Notes under the pieces: model-generated
The model's database searches: none
What the model was told of the DNA's origin: nothing
Seen by the model: only the letters and a program-made list of their open reading frames with translations
Shown: positions 18,515 through 28,001 of the stretch, piece after piece
Numbering within the stretch: position 1 is the stretch's first letter
Layout: every line of letters starts with the position of its first letter
Made by a program: the position numbers and the translations under genes
DNA from: a virus
Reading direction: 5' to 3' (one strand)
DNA: 64,000 nt
IMG/VR virus record: IMGVR_UViG_3300043409_001877
Location: 77,495-141,494 of that record

Positions 18515-21500
18515 ATGAGTGAATATAAAATCCCTATTGAAGAAGTTGAGAAGTTTTTATTAGGTCATGATGATGAAAAGTATATCGTAAATATAGAATA
18601 CGATAACAAGACCAACTTAATTTATAAATTTAAACAGTTACCTGATGGTACAAAAACCACAGAAAAGGAACCACTTAAGGCGTTTCTATGGATGAAGAAT
18701 TTAAACACTCTTAAAGAAAGGTTTAATTTCTATGACAACAATACCTTAAAAATTAAGTTAGCTAGAGAACAATATGGTATTGAAATCAAATCATTGGATC
18801 ATGGTGACCATGAAAGATTGGTAGATGGTTACAAATATTTACTAACTTGCGACCAGGGATATGATAGAATGTTAGAATTCTTTAGAAAGGGTGGTTTTTA
18901 CAGGGGGATATACGATAAAACAAACGATATTAATACAAATTTTATAATTTTACCACCCGTTGAACAGTACTTGGTATCAACTGGTAAGAGATTATATAAA
19001 GGTTACGAAGATTATAACGATATTGAAAAGTTTGTATTTGACTTAGAGACAACTGGTTTAGACCCTGAAACATCAAGGATATTCTTAATTGGTTGTAAGA
19101 CAAATAAAGATTTTGAGGTATTATTTGACTGCGAAACTGAGGGTGAAAATGCTGATGCCACTGAAGTTGCAGCTATTGCTAAATTCTTCGCTGCAATAGA
19201 TTATATAAAACCCGCTATCATTGGTGGTTATAACAGCGCTAACTTTGACTGGAATTTTATTTTTAAACGTTGTGAAAAGTTAGGTGTGGATATTGAATCT
19301 CTGGCTAAAACATTAAAAGAAGATTCTAAAATTACAAACAAAGACCAGATAATTAAATTAGGTGGGGATGTTGAAAAGTTCACTCAAACAAATATGTTTG
19401 GTTACTCTGTTATTGATATTATACATGCAACACGTAAAGCCCAAGCCATTGATTCTAGTATGAAATCAGCGGCTTTAAAATATGTTTGTAAATATAATAA
19501 AATTGCAAAAAAGAATCGTGTTTATATTAAAGGAGATAAGATTGGTTCATATTGGAAAACCAATAAAGATTATTATTTTAATAATATAACTGGGTTATAT
19601 TGCGAAAAAAAACCAAGTATTATTACTATGGATGTTATTACTAGGGATTATGTTAAAAACAATCCCGATATGGTCTTTATTTTTGGTGATAATGATGAAA
19701 GAGAGGGTATGGGTGGTCAAGCTAATGAAATGCGTGGTGAGCGCAATTCTATTGGAATACCAACCAAGAAAAAACCAAGTACAACAGATGATTCGTATTA
19801 TACTGATTCCGAATTTGAATTAAATAAAAAGAAAATTAATTATTCAGTTAATTTAATTTTAACTCAAATTAATAATGGTAAAACAATTGTATTACCAAGT
19901 AATGGTATTGGCACTGGGTTAGCACAATTAAAAGAAAAGGCACCCAAAACATTTTCTTTCTTAGAGGCTACCATAAAAGCTATGTATGATTATGTTAATA
20001 AATTTGAAGTTGTTAATGGTGAGTACATTGTTAAACGGTATTTAATGGATGATTTATGGGAAACCGCTGAAATTGATAATGTATACAACCAATCATCTTT
20101 CATGTTAGCCAAGATGATTCCAACAACATACCAAAGGGTATCAACTATGGGTACGGCTGGTTTATGGAAAATGATTATGATTACATGGTCATATGAAAAT
20201 AATTTAGCACTACCAACGCAAGACGATAAACGTGACTTTGTTGGTGGTTTATCTAGATTATTAAAAGTTGGGTTTTCAAAGAATCTAAGGAAGATGGACT
20301 TTAATTCACTATACCCAGCTATTCAATTAGCTCATGATATATTCCCAAGTGTTGATATTACTGGTGTAATGAAGTCATTATTAAAATACTTTCACTCCGA
20401 ACGTTTTAAAGCTAAAGATTTAGCTAAACAATATAAAAAACAAGGTAATCATCAACTTGAATCACTATATAAACGTAAACAATTACCTTTAAAGATATTC
20501 ATTAACTCAATGTTTGGTGCATTGGGTGCCCCAAATGCTTTCCCTTGGGCTGAAATAAACATTAGTGAACAGATTACATGTACCGCAAGACAATATCTTA
20601 GGTTGATGGTTAAATTCTTTATTAAGAAAGGGTATCAACCAACTGTATTAGATACGGATGGGGTTAACTTTATGGCACCTGATAACGGTGAGAGTGAATT
20701 TGTTTACATAGGTAAGGGTAATAATGATGAGGTTGAAGCTGGTAAAGAATATCGTGGTGTCTATGCGGTTGTAGCAGAATTCAACGATCTTTATATGAAA
20801 GGTGAAATGGGATTGGGTTTAGATGGTATGTGGCCCGCAACTATTAATTTAGCCAGAAAAAATTATGCGTTATTGGAAGATGATGGTAGCATTAGTTTAA
20901 CTGGTAATACTATTAAATCTAAAAAAATGCCAGTTTACATTGAAGAATTTTTAGATAAAGGTTTGGTTCTTTTATTAAATGATAAAGGTTACGAGTTTGT
21001 TCAATATTATTATAAGTACGTTGATTTAATTCATAACAAAAAAATACCATTGGCTAAAATAGCCACAAAGGCTAGGGTTAAAAAAACAATATCTCAATAT
21101 ACTAATAGAGGTATGAATAAGAACAACAAACCATTACCAAAACAAGCCCATATGGAATTGGCTATTAAACACAACTTACAAGTCAATCTAGGTGATACAT
21201 TGTATTATGTTAATGTTGGCACTAAAAAGTCTCATGGTGACGTTAAAGAAGATAAAAACGGTAAGATATATGGTGAATTAATTGAAGCTTCTATTATTGA
21301 ATCAGCACCAGATACATTAGGGGAGTACAATATTGAAAAATATTTATCAATGTTTAACTCAAGGATTAAAGGTTTACTGGTTCTTTTTGACCTTGAGGTT
21401 AGAAATAAAATATTAATAAACAAACCCGAAGATAAAAAAAGTTGGATGATGTCAGAACTAGAATTAGTTAATAATCAACCAAGTAAAGAGGGTGATCAAG

Positions 21501-21637
21501 ATACTTTAGATGAATTATTTACACCATCTGACATGGAAATTGAATTTTGGGATAAATTAGAGTACCAACCAGATTTTTGGTTCCAAGAAAACATACTATT
21601 TACATTACCTGGATTAGGAAAAGAAGAGTTAGTTTAA
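18515..21637 (+). CDS. Family B DNA polymerase with an inserted macrodomain-like module
   Basis: ExoI FDLET, ExoII GYNSANFD, ExoIII YLMDD; polymerase motifs DFNSLYP, KIFINSMFG, DTDG and KNYA. Confidence 0.95.
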   Translation: MSEYKIPIEEVEKFLLGHDDEKYIVNIEYDNKTNLIYKFKQLPDGTKTTEKEPLKAFLWMKNLNTLKERFNFYDNNTLKIKLAREQYGIEIKSLDHGDHERLVDGYKYLLTCDQGYDRMLEFFRKGGFYRGIYDKTNDINTNFIILPPVEQYLVSTGKRLYKGYEDYNDIEKFVFDLETTGLDPETSRIFLIGCKTNKDFEVLFDCETEGENADATEVAAIAKFFAAIDYIKPAIIGGYNSANFDWNFIFKRCEKLGVDIESLAKTLKEDSKITNKDQIIKLGGDVEKFTQTNMFGYSVIDIIHATRKAQAIDSSMKSAALKYVCKYNKIAKKNRVYIKGDKIGSYWKTNKDYYFNNITGLYCEKKPSIITMDVITRDYVKNNPDMVFIFGDNDEREGMGGQANEMRGERNSIGIPTKKKPSTTDDSYYTDSEFELNKKKINYSVNLILTQINNGKTIVLPSNGIGTGLAQLKEKAPKTFSFLEATIKAMYDYVNKFEVVNGEYIVKRYLMDDLWETAEIDNVYNQSSFMLAKMIPTTYQRVSTMGTAGLWKMIMITWSYENNLALPTQDDKRDFVGGLSRLLKVGFSKNLRKMDFNSLYPAIQLAHDIFPSVDITGVMKSLLKYFHSERFKAKDLAKQYKKQGNHQLESLYKRKQLPLKIFINSMFGALGAPNAFPWAEINISEQITCTARQYLRLMVKFFIKKGYQPTVLDTDGVNFMAPDNGESEFVYIGKGNNDEVEAGKEYRGVYAVVAEFNDLYMKGEMGLGLDGMWPATINLARKNYALLEDDGSISLTGNTIKSKKMPVYIEEFLDKGLVLLLNDKGYEFVQYYYKYVDLIHNKKIPLAKIATKARVKKTISQYTNRGMNKNNKPLPKQAHMELAIKHNLQVNLGDTLYYVNVGTKKSHGDVKEDKNGKIYGELIEASIIESAPDTLGEYNIEKYLSMFNSRIKGLLVLFDLEVRNKILINKPEDKKSWMMSELELVNNQPSKEGDQDTLDELFTPSDMEIEFWDKLEYQPDFWFQENILFTLPGLGKEELV

Positions 21638-21649
21638 AACAAATAACAT

Positions 21650-21665
21650 TTGCTAGATATTTATA
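21650..21665 (+). promoter_or_regulatory. Putative late promoter
   Basis: TTGCTAGATATTTATA upstream of 21682, identical to the tail tube upstream site. Confidence 0.65.
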
Positions 21666-21681
21666 GTAAATAAATTACAAC

Positions 21682-22212
21682 ATGGATAAGGATATTAATG
21701 AATTTGTAAGCGCTGATGGTGGTCTAATTAGTAGTAAAGTACCAAATGTTGACCCAAAAACAACAGCTGCTACAACTACCGATAAGAGTATGCGAATGAG
21801 GGCTCAACCCTTTATGTACACAGTTTATAGACGTTTTTTTAGTGAAGGTGAATTACCTCACACCAAAAAAGCTGATGAAATGAAGAATGACCCAAAAGGG
21901 TTCCATGATTATTTGAAATCAATTAAAGAAGGTGATGCGTTTGAGAGTTATTTCCAAAAAGATGATTCACCTGAGGCTAAATTAAAAGAAATTAGTAGAT
22001 CTAAGGCTTATGATATGATGGAAACATTATTATCTAACAGAACTAACACTATTGATGTTATAAGAAAAACCCCAGTAACTATTGATGAGATTAAAAATAA
22101 AGAAATTTTATTGGTTGATAAATTAACTAAAATAGCTGAAACCATCAAAGAATTAATGTCTGAAGATGAAAAGAAAGTTATTTTATCATACTTTGGTGAA
22201 AAAATAAGATAA
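21682..22212 (+). CDS. Hypothetical protein (late operon)
   Basis: 176-aa ORF, translationally coupled to the next gene. Confidence 0.7.
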   Translation: MDKDINEFVSADGGLISSKVPNVDPKTTAATTTDKSMRMRAQPFMYTVYRRFFSEGELPHTKKADEMKNDPKGFHDYLKSIKEGDAFESYFQKDDSPEAKLKEISRSKAYDMMETLLSNRTNTIDVIRKTPVTIDEIKNKEILLVDKLTKIAETIKELMSEDEKKVILSYFGEKIR

Positions 22213-22679
22213 TGTCAAACTCTAAATTAATAGGTAAACAATTCCCCGTACCAGATAAGGTATTAAAGGAACTTGGTATAAATCTAAAGAAATTTTCTGA
22301 TAAAAGAAATTCTAAAGGTTTTAACCGAGCTATCTTTATTTTAGAAAGACGTGCATGTACTTATGAACAATTAAAAAGAATTAAAAATTATTTTGATTGT
22401 GTTAATGATGAAAATTACAATGATATTGAATATTTATTAAATGGTGGTGAAGTTATGAAAAAATGGGTTGATTTTACGTTAGACCAAGCTAGAAAAAGTG
22501 TTCACGGAACTAAAAGTGCTAGAAAAAACGCTGGAATGGAAAATCAATTTAGATCTGACTCTGAAGAAACTGTAAATGCGGTTACACCAGAATTAAAAAG
22601 TACTCCATCATTTATGTCAACATCAGACTTAATGGAAGAATTAAATATAATAAAAGAAATAACAAAAAAATTAAACTAA
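22212..22679 (+). CDS. Hypothetical protein
   Basis: 155-aa ORF containing TYEQLKRIKNYFD..LNGG..MKKWV. Confidence 0.7.
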   Translation: MSNSKLIGKQFPVPDKVLKELGINLKKFSDKRNSKGFNRAIFILERRACTYEQLKRIKNYFDCVNDENYNDIEYLLNGGEVMKKWVDFTLDQARKSVHGTKSARKNAGMENQFRSDSEETVNAVTPELKSTPSFMSTSDLMEELNIIKEITKKLN

Positions 22680-22680
22680 A

Positions 22681-22947
22681 ATGGCAGACGCAGTTAGAAT
22701 CCCAGCATCAGAACAACTAAGAACAGTTGCAGTTGCGGAAAGAGAAGGTAAACTAATACCTATTAACGAATATAAACCAACATCTTTTGAATATGGGGCT
22801 TCAAATCCAAACGCATTAAGTGATGGTGATGAAAAAGGTAAAGGTGAATTAGCTACTATTGGTAGTAGAACCGATATTATAACAAGAAACAGTTTATTTG
22901 GTGTGAATCAGTATACTCAAACAGCACAATATACAACACCAGAATAA
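22681..22947 (+). CDS. Hypothetical small protein (possibly virion)
   Basis: 88-aa ORF containing NPNALSDGDEKGKG. Confidence 0.7.
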   Translation: MADAVRIPASEQLRTVAVAEREGKLIPINEYKPTSFEYGASNPNALSDGDEKGKGELATIGSRTDIITRNSLFGVNQYTQTAQYTTPE

Positions 22948-22965
22948 CTTTACATTCATTTTTAT

Positions 22966-23523
22966 ATGACTATTATTGAAAATGCAGGTGATGATAAACT
23001 GGAAATGCTAAGATATGCAATCAAAAACAAATATGCGATTACATTCTGGTATAAAGGTGTTAAAGTCAGCGATCCAAATAACAAAAAATACACGAAACAA
23101 AATTTTAGACGTGTAGAACCTTTTGCGTTAGGTAAAAGTGCCGCAACTGATAAATGGATGCTAAGAGCTTACCAATTTCAAGGTGTTACCAACACCAAGA
23201 ACGATGCTTGGAAAACTTTTCTTGTAGATGAAATAAAAGACGGTAGTGTTCAAATAGTTTATGATAACACTGGGACTCAATTAAAAACAATTGATAGTCC
23301 AAGATCAAACTATAGAACGGATGGTTCAGATAAAAAAATGGCTGTAGGTAGTATTAAAGATTTTTTAAAGACCAGCGAACCAGCTGGTAATAAAGATCCT
23401 AAATACGCTAACATAAAGTATAAGGGTGATAAACCTGAAATTGAAAATAAACCAGAAGAAGAGATTCAGTTAACTGAATCTTCTGGGTTTTTAAAATGGG
23501 TATTAAAATTAAATAATGGATAA
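22966..23523 (+). CDS. WYL-domain-like protein
   Basis: AIKNKYAITFWY..RRVEPFALG..LRAYQ..WKTFLVDEI. Confidence 0.65.
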   Translation: MTIIENAGDDKLEMLRYAIKNKYAITFWYKGVKVSDPNNKKYTKQNFRRVEPFALGKSAATDKWMLRAYQFQGVTNTKNDAWKTFLVDEIKDGSVQIVYDNTGTQLKTIDSPRSNYRTDGSDKKMAVGSIKDFLKTSEPAGNKDPKYANIKYKGDKPEIENKPEEEIQLTESSGFLKWVLKLNNG

Positions 23524-24079
23524 TAAAGATAAAGCTAGTATAATAGCGCAAGGTATTGCAAATGCTAGAAAAGTAATGGAAAAAGTTGAGGGTGGTTTAG
23601 TTAAATCGTCTAATAACACAGTTAGAGGTTTAAGTGAATCAGATGTTGATCGTATGTTAGACAATGACGCTGTAAATTATATGACAGAAAGAAAAGTCCA
23701 ACAACCAACTGCGGCTTCAAACATGAGAAATTTACATAAATCAAAAATGCCTGCGGATATCTTGAAATCGTTTCAAGAAAACCCAATCATTGATCCAACA
23801 GCCCCAGTGGGTATGGAGAGTATAATGCAAGAAATAACAAAAAAAGCAGCTCCTATGGAAGAAGTTGTTAAAAAAGTTATAACAGAAACCCAACAAGCAC
23901 CTCAATTAGATGCTAAATTAATTGAATTTATAATTAAAAAAACAGTAGAGGAAACCTTGGAACAAGTTAGTAAAAGAACAGCTATCGATGAAACGATTCA
24001 AATAAAAATTGGTGATAAAACATTTGGTGGTAAATTAACTGTGTTAAAAGAAAATAAAATAAACGAAAATAAAAAGTAA
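23516..24079 (+). CDS. Hypothetical protein
   Basis: 187-aa ORF with SKMPADILKSFQENPI and IQIKIGDKTFGG. Confidence 0.7.
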   Translation: MDNKDKASIIAQGIANARKVMEKVEGGLVKSSNNTVRGLSESDVDRMLDNDAVNYMTERKVQQPTAASNMRNLHKSKMPADILKSFQENPIIDPTAPVGMESIMQEITKKAAPMEEVVKKVITETQQAPQLDAKLIEFIIKKTVEETLEQVSKRTAIDETIQIKIGDKTFGGKLTVLKENKINENKK

Positions 24080-24083
24080 AATT

Positions 24084-24248
24084 ATGACAAAAGAAAAAGT
24101 ATTAGGAATTGTAAGACACGTATTAACATTTGTTGGTGGTGTGTTAGTGGCAAAAGGTTTAGCTACAGACGTTATGTCTAATGAATTAATTGGTGCAGCC
24201 ATGACATTAGTTGGTGGCGTGTGGTCAATCATATCAAAAAATAAATAA
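24084..24248 (+). CDS. Small two-TM membrane protein, putative holin (not in the ORF track)
   Basis: MTKEKVLGIVRHVLTFVGGVLVAKGLATDVMSNELIGAAMTLVGGVWSIISKNK; fills the gap between genes exactly and has a basic C-terminus. Confidence 0.7.
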   Translation: MTKEKVLGIVRHVLTFVGGVLVAKGLATDVMSNELIGAAMTLVGGVWSIISKNK

Positions 24249-24265
24249 TTAAAAAAATTAAACAA

Positions 24266-24454
24266 ATGAGTAATAACATAATTACATTTTGCAAACAAAA
24301 ATGTTGCCCAGTAATTGAGATTCAAGGTAACGATATCATTTTAGGCGACAAAGAAGGGCCTGAAGGAATTACCACATGGAGTAAAAATCAATTTGCTGAC
24401 TTTGTTGAGGCAGCTAAAGAAGGTAAATTTGATCAAATTATCAAACAAAATTAA
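24266..24454 (+). CDS. Small protein, DUF397-like
   Basis: CCPVIEI..IILGDKEGPEG..W...QFADFVEAAKEGKFD. Confidence 0.5.
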   Translation: MSNNIITFCKQKCCPVIEIQGNDIILGDKEGPEGITTWSKNQFADFVEAAKEGKFDQIIKQN

Positions 24455-24474
24455 AAATAATAAATTAACTAATT

Positions 24475-24506
24475 AACGGTAATTATAACTAATTGCCGTT
24501 TTTTTT
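24475..24506 (+). terminator. Intrinsic terminator
   Basis: AACGGTAATTA-taac-TAATTGCCGTT followed by a T-run. Confidence 0.75.
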
Positions 24507-24530
24507 GTTCCTATTTTTTTAGGATTTGCA

Positions 24531-24562
24531 CTTGTTTTTTTGATATAATTTTACTATTATTG
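24531..24562 (+). promoter_or_regulatory. Host-type promoter heading the glycosylation region
   Basis: CTTG-N20-TATTATTG. Confidence 0.6.
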
Positions 24563-24581
24563 GGTAAAACATATACATATA

Positions 24582-25808
24582 ATGTCAAAAATTAAAATAT
24601 TAGTAGCACCAGGTGATAGAGCTGGTTCAGGTAAATTTAGATGTGTAGATCCCCATGTCAATTTACAAAATAACTTTTCTAGCGATTATTTCGTTGATAT
24701 TAATCACAATATTGATTTCAGTGACGTTAATTACCTTAAAAATTATGACGTTGTGTTTATTCATAGAATACCACAACATAGAAATAAAGAAGCCGTTGAT
24801 ATTATTAACAGAATTAAAAAGTTAGGTATTAAGGTTATTGTTGATACAGATGATCATTGGAATTTAGACCCATCTCATGGCTTGTATGCTATGGCTAAAA
24901 GAGATAATATACCTGGAACTATATTAGATTGTATTAAATTAGCTGATTTGGTTACCGTACCAACAGAAATTATTGCAAAAGAAGTTTCAAAATTCAATAA
25001 AAATGTTGTAGTTTTGCCAAACGCTATTGATCCAAATGAAGAACAATTTAAACCAAAACCGATTAAGTCAGATTTGATTAGATTTGGGTGGTTAGGTGGT
25101 TCATCACATGTTAAAGATATTGAATTACTACGTGGAATTGGCTCTACTCAAAAATCTATCAGTGAAAAATCTCAGATAGTTTTATGTGGGTTTGATACTA
25201 GAGGAACCGTACAATCGATCAATCCAAATACTAATCAGGTAGAACAAAGACCAATGAATCCACAAGAAACAACTTGGTTTATGTATGAATTATTTTTAAC
25301 AAATAACTATAAAAATTTGGAGCATGATAAAGATTATTTAACTTATTTGGTTAGCTTTGCCGATGACCCATCTTATGATTCAACAAATAAACCATATAGA
25401 AGAATTTGGACTAAAGCTATTAATCAATACGCTAATGGTTATAATAGTTTTGATGTGGCTTTGGCACCATTAAATGATAGTGATTTTAATAAGTACAAAT
25501 CTCAATTAAAAGTAATTGAGGCTGGGTTTCATAAGAAGGCTTTAATTGCTCAAAACTATGGCCCTTACACCATTGATTTGATTAACGCTATTAATAAAGG
25601 TGGTGAATCTAACCCAGATGGTAATTGTTTATTAGTTGATACAGCTAAGAACCATAAACAATGGACTAAGTACGCTAAAAAATTAGCTGATAGCCCACAA
25701 ATGGTTATTGATTTAGGTGAAAAATTATATGAAACCGTTAAAGATAAATATGATTTAAATAATGTAACAAAATTAAGAAGTGAAATTTATAAAAATTTAG
25801 TAAAATGA
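24582..25808 (+). CDS. Glycosyltransferase (GT-B, GT4-like)
   Basis: VDTDDHW, VLPNAID, GWLGGSSH and DVALAPL..FNKYKSQLKVIEAG. Confidence 0.85.
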   Translation: MSKIKILVAPGDRAGSGKFRCVDPHVNLQNNFSSDYFVDINHNIDFSDVNYLKNYDVVFIHRIPQHRNKEAVDIINRIKKLGIKVIVDTDDHWNLDPSHGLYAMAKRDNIPGTILDCIKLADLVTVPTEIIAKEVSKFNKNVVVLPNAIDPNEEQFKPKPIKSDLIRFGWLGGSSHVKDIELLRGIGSTQKSISEKSQIVLCGFDTRGTVQSINPNTNQVEQRPMNPQETTWFMYELFLTNNYKNLEHDKDYLTYLVSFADDPSYDSTNKPYRRIWTKAINQYANGYNSFDVALAPLNDSDFNKYKSQLKVIEAGFHKKALIAQNYGPYTIDLINAINKGGESNPDGNCLLVDTAKNHKQWTKYAKKLADSPQMVIDLGEKLYETVKDKYDLNNVTKLRSEIYKNLVK

Positions 25809-26389
25809 TAACAATAGAAACAATCCAAGAAAACAAAAAAAAGTTTTTAACCACGGTAAAAGGTTATAACATTTGTACCAATGAGTTAATTGATAAATTA
25901 TCTGATATGGGTCTTTTTGACGCACCAGCATCTACAATGCTTAGTTTACACAATGCATTCCCAGGTGGTTTAATTGATCACTCACTTCGTGTTACTGGTT
26001 ACGCTCTTAAATTAAATGAGTTGTTACCAGACCATCTTAAACAAACTAAAGAGAGCGTTATTCGTGTTAGTTTATTGCACTCAATTGGTAAAGTTGGTTT
26101 ATACACACCATGTAAAAGTGATTGGCATATTAAGAACCAAGGTAAGATGTATGAATTTAACGAATCGTTAACATCTATGTCTATTGGTGAGAGGAGTTTA
26201 TTTTACATTATGTCAAATAACAACGGTAATATGATTACGGATATTGAATATCAAGCCATTACTAATTACGACAAAACAGCTTCAGATAAAATGTCTGAAT
26301 GGCACACATCTTCATTAGGTGAAATTTTAAAAATGGCTATTAAATTAGCTATAATGGAAGAAAAAACAAAATATACGACAAATGGATAA
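25805..26389 (+). CDS. HD-domain-like protein (YhaM-like; HD changed to HS)
   Basis: APAS..HNAFPGGLIDHSLRV..LLHSIGK. Confidence 0.65.
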   Translation: MITIETIQENKKKFLTTVKGYNICTNELIDKLSDMGLFDAPASTMLSLHNAFPGGLIDHSLRVTGYALKLNELLPDHLKQTKESVIRVSLLHSIGKVGLYTPCKSDWHIKNQGKMYEFNESLTSMSIGERSLFYIMSNNNGNMITDIEYQAITNYDKTASDKMSEWHTSSLGEILKMAIKLAIMEEKTKYTTNG

Positions 26390-26969
26390 TTTAGATAAAC
26401 TAAACAATTTAAATGTTTACGATTACTTAACCGATGAAGAAAAAATTCAAATGGCTGAAGTATTAGATCAAATTGGTGGTATGAATGATTGGGTTTTTGA
26501 CTCCACAGATAATTCAATGAAACTTAAAATATCTATGGTTAATAATTCAAATAACCCTGATCCAATGTATCAAAAAATTGGTGATAGTGGTTTTGATTTT
26601 ATGGCTAGTCTACCAGAAGGTGCTATTATTATAGCAGAACCTCTTAAAAGAGTGTTGATTCCAACTGGGCTACATTTTCAAATACCTATTGGGTTCGAAT
26701 TACAAGTTAGACCTAGAAGTGGTTTAGCGTTAAAAAATGGTATCACAGTTTTAAATACACCTGGTACTGTTGATTCTGGGTATCGTGGTGAAATTAAAGT
26801 TATATTATATAATACAGGTGATGAATCTTTTACAATAAAAAATGGTGATAGAATTGCGCAAGGGGTTATAGCACCAGTTCAAAACAAAAAAACAACCATA
26901 TTTACACGTGTTGAATCATTAGATGATTCTGATAGAGGTGTTGATGGGTTTGGATCAACTGGAGTATGA
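26382..26969 (+). CDS. dut: Trimeric dUTPase
   Basis: SGFD, RPRSGLA, GTVDSGYRGE, GDRIAQG and RGVDGFGSTG. Confidence 0.95.
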   Translation: MDNLDKLNNLNVYDYLTDEEKIQMAEVLDQIGGMNDWVFDSTDNSMKLKISMVNNSNNPDPMYQKIGDSGFDFMASLPEGAIIIAEPLKRVLIPTGLHFQIPIGFELQVRPRSGLALKNGITVLNTPGTVDSGYRGEIKVILYNTGDESFTIKNGDRIAQGVIAPVQNKKTTIFTRVESLDDSDRGVDGFGSTGV

Positions 26970-27250
26970 TAAAAGATTATTTCAAAATACAAATTGAGTC
27001 CTATCCTAGATTAACGGATGAGGTATTGGATCGTGTTGATTTTAAAACAGTATGGTCTGGTAAAAGAATGGTGTCAGGTGATAGGGTTTTATACGCTTTA
27101 GTATATGTACCAAACACTGATGATTTGAAAGCAATTACCTTCTTAGAACGTGAATTAGATGAAATCAGTTCTAGATTTAATTTTGTAAGTTTTGAAAATG
27201 AAGGCTTACCTATATTATCATTTATAGAAGACGTTAAAAAAAGAAATTAA
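26966..27250 (+). CDS. Hypothetical protein
   Basis: 94-aa ORF coupled at both ends (ATGA, TAATG). Confidence 0.7.
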   Translation: MIKDYFKIQIESYPRLTDEVLDRVDFKTVWSGKRMVSGDRVLYALVYVPNTDDLKAITFLERELDEISSRFNFVSFENEGLPILSFIEDVKKRN

Positions 27251-27996
27251 TGGGATCTGAATTAAATAAAATATTTGAAGAAATTTATTATATTAATTTA
27301 AAAAGTCGACCAGATAAATTAAAATTTATAGAAGACCAATTAAATAAAAATAATATTATTGCAACTAAGTTTGAGGCTGTTAATGCAAATGACGTTAAAA
27401 GATTTCATGGTAAAAAGTATGAGTTAAATAAATCTAATTACGGTAAAGTGGGTTGTATGGAATCGCATAGAACAATATGGCTTGATTGTTTAAAACGTAA
27501 CGTTAGCTCTGTTCTTATACTTGAAGATGATGTGCAATTTGTTGACAATTTCAATCAATTAATGAAAGAAAAATTAAAAACACTACCAAAAAATTGGAAC
27601 TTCTTGGCTCTAGGTTATAATAGAAATAAATCATTTTTATATAAAAAAAATTTAATTAAATATAGAATGATAAACAATGATTGGGAAACTTTTGATGGTA
27701 TAAGTGGTTCTGGGGCTTGGGGTTTAAAAAACAACATGATATCAAAATTATTAAGCGCAACTGATGATAATATTAAAGGTGAAAATTTTGATTTATTTTT
27801 AACCCAAAGTAAATTTTTTGAAGAAATAGATTTAATATTATACTCAACAATAGATCAACTTATAATACAAAAAACAATTGGGTTTAGTGATGTAAATAAA
27901 TCAAATAAAGTAAATGATGATGAAGTGAATGAAGTAAATCATAATAATGTAAAGTCACTTAATAATATGCTTTTAAAAGATTTTCAAACAGAATAA
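27250..27996 (+). CDS. Glycosyltransferase family 25
   Basis: YYINLKSRPDK, FEAV, GCMESH..W and LILEDD. Confidence 0.85.
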   Translation: MGSELNKIFEEIYYINLKSRPDKLKFIEDQLNKNNIIATKFEAVNANDVKRFHGKKYELNKSNYGKVGCMESHRTIWLDCLKRNVSSVLILEDDVQFVDNFNQLMKEKLKTLPKNWNFLALGYNRNKSFLYKKNLIKYRMINNDWETFDGISGSGAWGLKNNMISKLLSATDDNIKGENFDLFLTQSKFFEEIDLILYSTIDQLIIQKTIGFSDVNKSNKVNDDEVNEVNHNNVKSLNNMLLKDFQTE

Positions 27997-28001
27997 AAAA
28001 T

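Noticed and set aside
19610-20005. Polymerase insertion as an intein or intron
   Set aside because: There is no Cys/Ser start with His-Asn end, no LAGLIDADG/HNH motif, and the frame is continuous.
24044-24325. 93-aa minus-strand ORF
   Set aside because: It overlaps three better plus-strand genes, including the holin-like ORF.
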